A DNA stretch of 64,000 nt from Promethearchaeota archaeon (GTDB taxonomy: Archaea; Asgardarchaeota; Lokiarchaeia; Sigyniarchaeales; SOKP01), in contig JBHLPW010000009.1 in assembly GCA_048939015.1 (NCBI GenBank), positions 25,495-89,494 on the forward strand. Direction: 5' to 3'. This document shows, in pieces, positions 58,666 through 64,000 of this stretch; the first letter of the stretch is position 1; the number at the start of each line of letters is the position of its first letter. The position numbers and the translations under genes were made by a program. The notes under the pieces were generated by a model that saw only the letters and a program-made list of their open reading frames with translations, had not been told where the DNA came from and searched no databases.

Positions 58666-59748
58666 ATGGAATTAAACAAATTAATTAGAGAAAATTTAAG
58701 AAAATATTCCGCTTATGAGCCTGTTGAAAACCCGGAAGAAGGTGGTTGGGTTAGATTAAATACCAATGAAAATCCTTTTCCCCCTTTACAAGAAATATTA
58801 ATTGATATTAAAAAAGCTGTGGATGAAAAAATTAGACACTATCCAGATCCTACATCTTTTGAACTTAGAAAGGAGGTCTTAAATGTTCTATTACGAGATA
58901 AAGATACACTAACCAATCGAAACTCGGTTTTTATTGGAAATGGCTCAGATGAGATATTAGATGTTATTTTTAAAGTTTTTATTGACCCTGGTGATGAAGT
59001 AATTATATTTTATCCCTCATATGGATTATATAAAGTATTAGCAACATTATATAATGCTAAAATTAATGAACTTCAACTAAATGATGATTTTTCTATACCT
59101 GAATCAGCCTATTCAACAAAAGGAAAATTAATGATTATAAACTCTCCAAACGATCCAAATGGTAAATCTTTTGGTAATGCCACAATTTTGAAGTTATGTG
59201 GAAGTTTTCCTGGAATTGTTGTTGTCGATGAAGCTTATGCAGATTTCTCTAGTCAAACCTGTCTTCCATTATTAAAGAAGGTAAAAAATTTAATAGTATA
59301 TCGATCATTTTCCAAGAGTTTTTCTCTTGCATCTCTAAGAATGGGTTTCGCTTTAGCTGATTCTGAAATAATTAAAGAAATGAATAGGGTAAAATTGCCA
59401 TATAATACAAACTATTTAGGACAAGTTGCGGCTTTATCATGTATTAAACATAGTAAAAAAATTATTGAACAAAACAAAAAAATTTTAGAAGAACGAAAAA
59501 GACTGACAGAGGAATTAAACAGATATAGTGGGGTTAGCGTATTACCTTCCGATGCGAATTTTATTTTCATAAAATTTGACGATAAGTCAAAAACCTTAAA
59601 ATTTGTATGGGATTTAAAGGAAATGAAAATTTTAACTCGTCACTTTAGTAAGCCTAGGCTTTATAATTACATAAGACTTACAATTGGAACTGAGGAAGAT
59701 AATAATAAATTCTTACAGACATTTAAGACAATAGCAAATAAATATTAA
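58666..59748 (+). CDS. hisC: Histidinol-phosphate aminotransferase
   Basis: LNTNENP, YPDP, GNGSDE, SPNDPNG, VVDEAY, RSFSKSFSLASLRMG. Confidence 0.92.
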   Translation: MELNKLIRENLRKYSAYEPVENPEEGGWVRLNTNENPFPPLQEILIDIKKAVDEKIRHYPDPTSFELRKEVLNVLLRDKDTLTNRNSVFIGNGSDEILDVIFKVFIDPGDEVIIFYPSYGLYKVLATLYNAKINELQLNDDFSIPESAYSTKGKLMIINSPNDPNGKSFGNATILKLCGSFPGIVVVDEAYADFSSQTCLPLLKKVKNLIVYRSFSKSFSLASLRMGFALADSEIIKEMNRVKLPYNTNYLGQVAALSCIKHSKKIIEQNKKILEERKRLTEELNRYSGVSVLPSDANFIFIKFDDKSKTLKFVWDLKEMKILTRHFSKPRLYNYIRLTIGTEEDNNKFLQTFKTIANKY

Positions 59749-59796
59749 TAATTTCATTAAATTAATATCAATACAATTTTTAGAGGGCTGATAAAA

Positions 59797-60987
59797 ATTT
59801 CAAATTTCTTTTTCCCTCAAAAGAAAAAGAGTGGTGATATTGATTGTCCATTCTGCAAATATAAAATTGTAAAACCTTACCCCAAGGACCATCTTTGTCC
59901 TAAATGCAATAAATTTTTACCTATATTACTTGAATCTGCTATAGATGTTGAAGATAAGCCACTTCCAAAAGAATTTGAAAGAACAAAAACAACAGTATCT
60001 TCAAAATTAGGTTCCAAAGTAAAAGTCAAGGAAAAGAAACAAGTACAAATTTCTTTAGATACTGATAAAATAAAATTGAAGAAGGGAGAATATATTAAAT
60101 TAATAGGAATTACCTCAACTGAAAGAACTCAGCTATATTGTAGTAATGATAATTATGCTTATTTATTAGAATTAACAAACAATCTTGATTTCATTGCAAC
60201 AGGCTTTTTAGGAGGAGAACTTGATAAAATGCTTTTAATATCCCAAAAAAAAGATACGGAAGAAAAATGTCAATTCTACGTTAAGAACAATATTATTTAT
60301 ATTGTCTATGGAAGATTTCCTGATAAAAAAGGAAAATGGATCCTTGAACAGATGTCAATTAACTTCACAGAATTAGTTGGTGGCAAAGATGTAGAAAAAT
60401 TAGATAAGTTTGAAAAATATAAAATTGAGACTGATTTCAAAAAAAGGACGCGTTTTATTTTAAATGAATATGCAAATAAATTACAAGACGTATTTACAGA
60501 TCAAGAGATTCCATACGTAGAAGATTCAATTAGAATTGATTATGTAGGTCTATCATCAATGTCAATAGGTGTAATATCAATTCTATTGGGAGAAGAAAAC
60601 TTAAAGATTGAAAATATTGGTGATTTTGACGACCCAGATGAACAAAAAGAAATGAAGGAGTCGATGCTTACAGCAAGAATTGAAGCAATTGCTGCTAATA
60701 CACAAGGAAATACTGGTGCCACACCGCGATGGATTGCTGTAAAATTAGGTTTTCAAAAATATCGATTTTTGACATTTAAAAAATATCAAAATGATTACTT
60801 TCTCTCAATGTTATCAGAAGGAAATTTAAGCAGGATTGAACAGGTAGAAGAATTATTAGATCCTGATATTAATGAATTAACAATTAATGAATTTTCTGGA
60901 AATCTAAAACCTTTTAATGTATTAAAAATCGATTTAGAGCAAAATTTTAAAGTAAGAAGAAAGTTTCCTCCATTTAACTTCAATTAA
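59797..60987 (+). CDS. Hypothetical protein with N-terminal Zn-ribbon (CPFC..CPKC); extended upstream of the called TTG 60076
   Basis: Frame is open from 59761 to 60987 with no ATG/GTG/TTG before 60076; candidate starts CTG 59788, ATA 59791, ATT 59797 near GAGGG. Confidence 0.65.
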   Translation: MSNFFFPQKKKSGDIDCPFCKYKIVKPYPKDHLCPKCNKFLPILLESAIDVEDKPLPKEFERTKTTVSSKLGSKVKVKEKKQVQISLDTDKIKLKKGEYIKLIGITSTERTQLYCSNDNYAYLLELTNNLDFIATGFLGGELDKMLLISQKKDTEEKCQFYVKNNIIYIVYGRFPDKKGKWILEQMSINFTELVGGKDVEKLDKFEKYKIETDFKKRTRFILNEYANKLQDVFTDQEIPYVEDSIRIDYVGLSSMSIGVISILLGEENLKIENIGDFDDPDEQKEMKESMLTARIEAIAANTQGNTGATPRWIAVKLGFQKYRFLTFKKYQNDYFLSMLSEGNLSRIEQVEELLDPDINELTINEFSGNLKPFNVLKIDLEQNFKVRRKFPPFNFN

Positions 60988-61121
60988 ACTCTTTATTTTA
61001 TAATTTTTAAAAGAATTTACAGCTTTTTAATTATAAAAATTCTAAAATCAAAGACAATTTTTTTTAGAATAAATTTTTAGCTAATATAATCGAAATAATT
61101 TTAGAAAATAAAGGAATCGTC

Positions 61122-63602
61122 ATGATTGAAATTATTAAAAACAATCCTGAAATATTTGAGGTATGTAATGATCTTATTGGTTTTAAATTTAATAAAAATG
61201 ACGAAAATCATGGCACTTATGAGATTTTTTCAATAAAAGAAGGATTAAAACATAATAAAATCAAAGAGTGTTATTCTACAATTAATTTTCATTCCCTAGA
61301 TAAAGACAATCTAATTGAATATACATCTAAAAATTTCTTTTTTGAATCTAAAACAGAGACATTTGTAAATTCATTCGGAACGGGATTGAAGATTATTTTT
61401 AAACCAATACCAGAAAATAATCATGAAACAATGTTTAATATTCAATTTTTATTATATGACGATAAGGATTTTCTATTGGTTAAATTAATTAATATAAAAA
61501 ATGATAACATCAATCAATTACCCGTCCATAGTATTTCACCATTAACAATTAAAAATAGTTCATTGTGGTTAACTGGATTAGAGAATCCTACAGATCTTTA
61601 CAATATTTCTTGGTTTAAAAACGGTTGGCAAAGTTGGAGTAATTGTGAATTATTTTTTGGGAATCAAAGAGATTCTGAAGGAGCGACTACAGAAGTTCTA
61701 AACCAGATATATGACAACCAAGATTACATGATAAAAGGGAGATTTTACAGTGAATATTGTACTGCAATCACTGACTTAAATTCAGAACATTCACTAATTA
61801 TAGGTTTTGTTTCTCTAAATGATCAATTCTCGAGGATAGTCATTGATTTTAATGATAGTAAAACATTAAAATTATTATCTGCATTTGGCTGTATGGATAA
61901 AGTTAAGTTTAGTAAGAGTTCTATTAAATCTTCAGAGGAACTATTGATTAGTTTTAAGTGTCAGAAGAATGGCTATATAGGATTAATAGATTATGCTAAA
62001 ATTGTTAATTTAAATATAAAAGAACCTCGTATCACACAAATTCCTATTGGTTGGTGCAGTTGGTATTATTATTTCACAAACGTAACTCAAGAAGACATAA
62101 TCAAGAATTTAACTTTTTTCGACAAGCGTAGGGATATTCCAATTGATTTTTTTCAATTAGATGATGGATATTTTACCAAAATTGGTGATTTTTCAGAAAT
62201 AAATGAAAAATTTCCTGATGGATTACCTTGGTTATTTAAGAAAATAAAGAAGTTAGGTTTTAAAGGTGGAATCTGGACAGCACCATTTATAGCAATTAAA
62301 AGATCTAACTTTTTTAAAAATCACAGAAAATGGTTTTTAACAAAAACAAATAAATTATTACCAGTATTATTCAATTGGAGATCATTTGAATATAGTTTAG
62401 ATTTATCAAATAGCGAAGTATTAAATCATCTTTTCCTATATTTTACCAATCTTATCCAAGCACTTAGACAAGAAACTAATCACAGAAAAGACAAACTTAT
62501 AACCTTTTTGAAGATTGATTTTCTTCATGCTGGAACGCCATATGGTGCAGATTATAGTAATCCAGACTATACGAGAGCCCAAATACTATATAATGCTATA
62601 AAAACAATTAGAGAAGCTATAATGAATGACACTTTCTTATTAGGGTGTGGTGCTCCTTTAGGACCGTGTGTAGGGTTAGTGGATGCTATGCGAATAAGTT
62701 GTGATACAGACCCTATTTGGGATGCAGGGTATATTGAGAAATTTGGAAATGGAAGAGGTTTATCTGAGATTTCACTAAAAGCGGCTTTACTAAATACACT
62801 ATATAGATCTTTTATGCATAATTATTTTTGGATAAATGACCCCGATTGTTTAATGATTAGAAGAACTGATACTGAATTAAATACTGATGAAATAAGATTG
62901 CAAATGACTATTTTTGGGTTATCTGGTGGGCAACTATTAATATCAGATGATATGACTAAACTAACTGAGGAAGAGATTAAAGATGCCAAACTCCTTTTAC
63001 CTCCATATAATCCAAAAGCCTTTGACCCTATATTGGTTGATGCCTTTACGTCAAGATTGCCATCAATATATATGCTTGAAACCGATGAACTTATTGGAAA
63101 AAGATTTTTATTAGCATTAATAAATTGGAATAATAATCCCATTTCTAAAAAATTAAAAATTTTCGATTTAATTCCTAATTTATCTAAAAATGATGAAAAG
63201 TTCTACGTATTTGATTTTTGGGAAGAAAAATTCTTGGGTGAATTTAGGATCAATGATTATATTGAACTTAGGGAAATAAAACCACATTCTAGTAGATATC
63301 TAACCCTAATTCCTTTGACTAAAAAATTAGAACATTTACCCATTTTAATCACCTCAAATTTACATATATCTCAAGGATGCTGTGAAATAAAAAAATTTGA
63401 TTATATACCTAAAATAAATCAATTAAAAATTAAACTTGAATTAACCGGGACAAGAGAGGGTTTTCTCTTATTAAAACTCCCACGAGACAGAAATATTATT
63501 AAATCAAATTCTAAATATTCTAAGGTTGATTCCAAAAATAATTTATGGAAAGTATTTGTGCAATTTAAAAATAAATTTTTATTAAATATTGATTTAGAAT
63601 AG
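61122..63602 (+). CDS. Alpha-galactosidase-like glycoside hydrolase (GH36/melibiase clan)
   Basis: NGWQSWS, GWCSWY, FFQLDDGY, GIWTAPF, FLKIDF, LGCGAP, MRISCDT, WINDPD. Confidence 0.88.
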   Translation: MIEIIKNNPEIFEVCNDLIGFKFNKNDENHGTYEIFSIKEGLKHNKIKECYSTINFHSLDKDNLIEYTSKNFFFESKTETFVNSFGTGLKIIFKPIPENNHETMFNIQFLLYDDKDFLLVKLINIKNDNINQLPVHSISPLTIKNSSLWLTGLENPTDLYNISWFKNGWQSWSNCELFFGNQRDSEGATTEVLNQIYDNQDYMIKGRFYSEYCTAITDLNSEHSLIIGFVSLNDQFSRIVIDFNDSKTLKLLSAFGCMDKVKFSKSSIKSSEELLISFKCQKNGYIGLIDYAKIVNLNIKEPRITQIPIGWCSWYYYFTNVTQEDIIKNLTFFDKRRDIPIDFFQLDDGYFTKIGDFSEINEKFPDGLPWLFKKIKKLGFKGGIWTAPFIAIKRSNFFKNHRKWFLTKTNKLLPVLFNWRSFEYSLDLSNSEVLNHLFLYFTNLIQALRQETNHRKDKLITFLKIDFLHAGTPYGADYSNPDYTRAQILYNAIKTIREAIMNDTFLLGCGAPLGPCVGLVDAMRISCDTDPIWDAGYIEKFGNGRGLSEISLKAALLNTLYRSFMHNYFWINDPDCLMIRRTDTELNTDEIRLQMTIFGLSGGQLLISDDMTKLTEEEIKDAKLLLPPYNPKAFDPILVDAFTSRLPSIYMLETDELIGKRFLLALINWNNNPISKKLKIFDLIPNLSKNDEKFYVFDFWEEKFLGEFRINDYIELREIKPHSSRYLTLIPLTKKLEHLPILITSNLHISQGCCEIKKFDYIPKINQLKIKLELTGTREGFLLLKLPRDRNIIKSNSKYSKVDSKNNLWKVFVQFKNKFLLNIDLE

Positions 63603-63617
63603 ATTTAAAGGTGCTAA

Positions 63618-64000
63618 ATGGTACTAACTCCCGAAAAAGTATATGAGGAATTAAGTAATAACAAATTAAATAAATCTAGAGCCTATGATCTCTTAATATC
63701 ATTGGTTGAAAATAGTGAAAACGAAGAAATTCGAGAAGATTCTATTAAATATTTAGAAAAAGTTGGAGTATTTAATGATAAATTATATGATTTTTTAGAA
63801 AATATTCTCATTTCAGATTCAAATACAGCAGTTAGAATTAAAGCAGCGAAATTTCTTAGAAAAAAATTTCTTGAAAAATCATTCAAGCCATTCAAGTGGG
63901 TGATTGATCATGAAAAAGATTGCGAATGTACAATTATCGCAATCAAATCATTAAAAAAAATACATTCTAGCGAAACTAAACTCCTTCTATTTAATCAAAT
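63618..64000 (+). CDS. Third member of the HEAT-like N-terminal domain family (probably LRR); truncated by the window end and absent from the ORF track
   Basis: MVLTPEKVYEELSNNKLNKSRAYDLLISLVENSENEEIRE...FLENILISDSNTAVR... aligns with the N-termini of 52550 and 54200. Confidence 0.8.
   Translation, partial: MVLTPEKVYEELSNNKLNKSRAYDLLISLVENSENEEIREDSIKYLEKVGVFNDKLYDFLENILISDSNTAVRIKAAKFLRKKFLEKSFKPFKWVIDHEKDCECTIIAIKSLKKIHSSETKLLLFNQ

Noticed and set aside
15530-59748. Functional clustering of tRNA-His, hisS and hisC
   Set aside because: They are 14-28 kb apart with unrelated genes between them, which is compatible with chance.
1665-63142. Many short antisense or alternate-frame ORFs (e.g. 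1665-2021, 11582-11920, 23419-23760, 30388-30852, 51495-51896, 58108-58410)
   Set aside because: They overlap well-supported genes and contain no recognisable motifs.
63683-63895. 70-aa minus-strand ORF
   Set aside because: Shadow of the plus-strand HEAT-domain gene starting at 63618.
1-64000. Genome-wide UGA reassignment (Trp/Gly/Cys)
   Set aside because: TGA acts as a normal stop for ftr (7377) and for the convergent genes at 4101-4106. In-frame TGAs were noticed only in hdrA and mvhD.
1-64000. CRISPR array, IS elements, integrase or provirus at tRNA-His, rRNA
   Set aside because: No regularly spaced repeats, transposase/integrase motifs, duplicated tRNA 3' end or long GC-rich structured RNA were seen by eye.

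Overview
AT-rich, gene-dense archaeal chromosomal segment. Gene content points to an Asgard archaeon, most likely Lokiarchaeia: Rag- and Arf-like small GTPases, longin/uDENN-like domains, a gelsolin-like domain, LRR proteins, ftr, AMP phosphorylase, archaeal Hsp20 and an ATP-dependent ligase. The ORF track misses or fragments several real features. (1) A bicistronic hdrA-mvhD selenoprotein locus (47000-49474) has five in-frame TGA codons, all at conserved Cys positions, followed by one eukaryote-type SECIS/kink-turn candidate (49472-49513). (2) A tRNA-His(GUG) gene has an encoded G-1 and a 30-nt BHB intron in the T-loop (position 58/59). (3) At least three genes appear to start at ATT (or ATA/CTG). 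Other highlights are a GTPase/longin/uDENN cluster containing a uDENN-like-PAS-GAF-PAS sensor, a non-pyrrolysine MttB / corrinoid protein / homocysteine methyltransferase operon, an ABC permease-CAAX protease fusion, and several tandem paralog pairs. I saw no CRISPR array, rRNA or transposase. All family calls come from motif recognition, not database searches.
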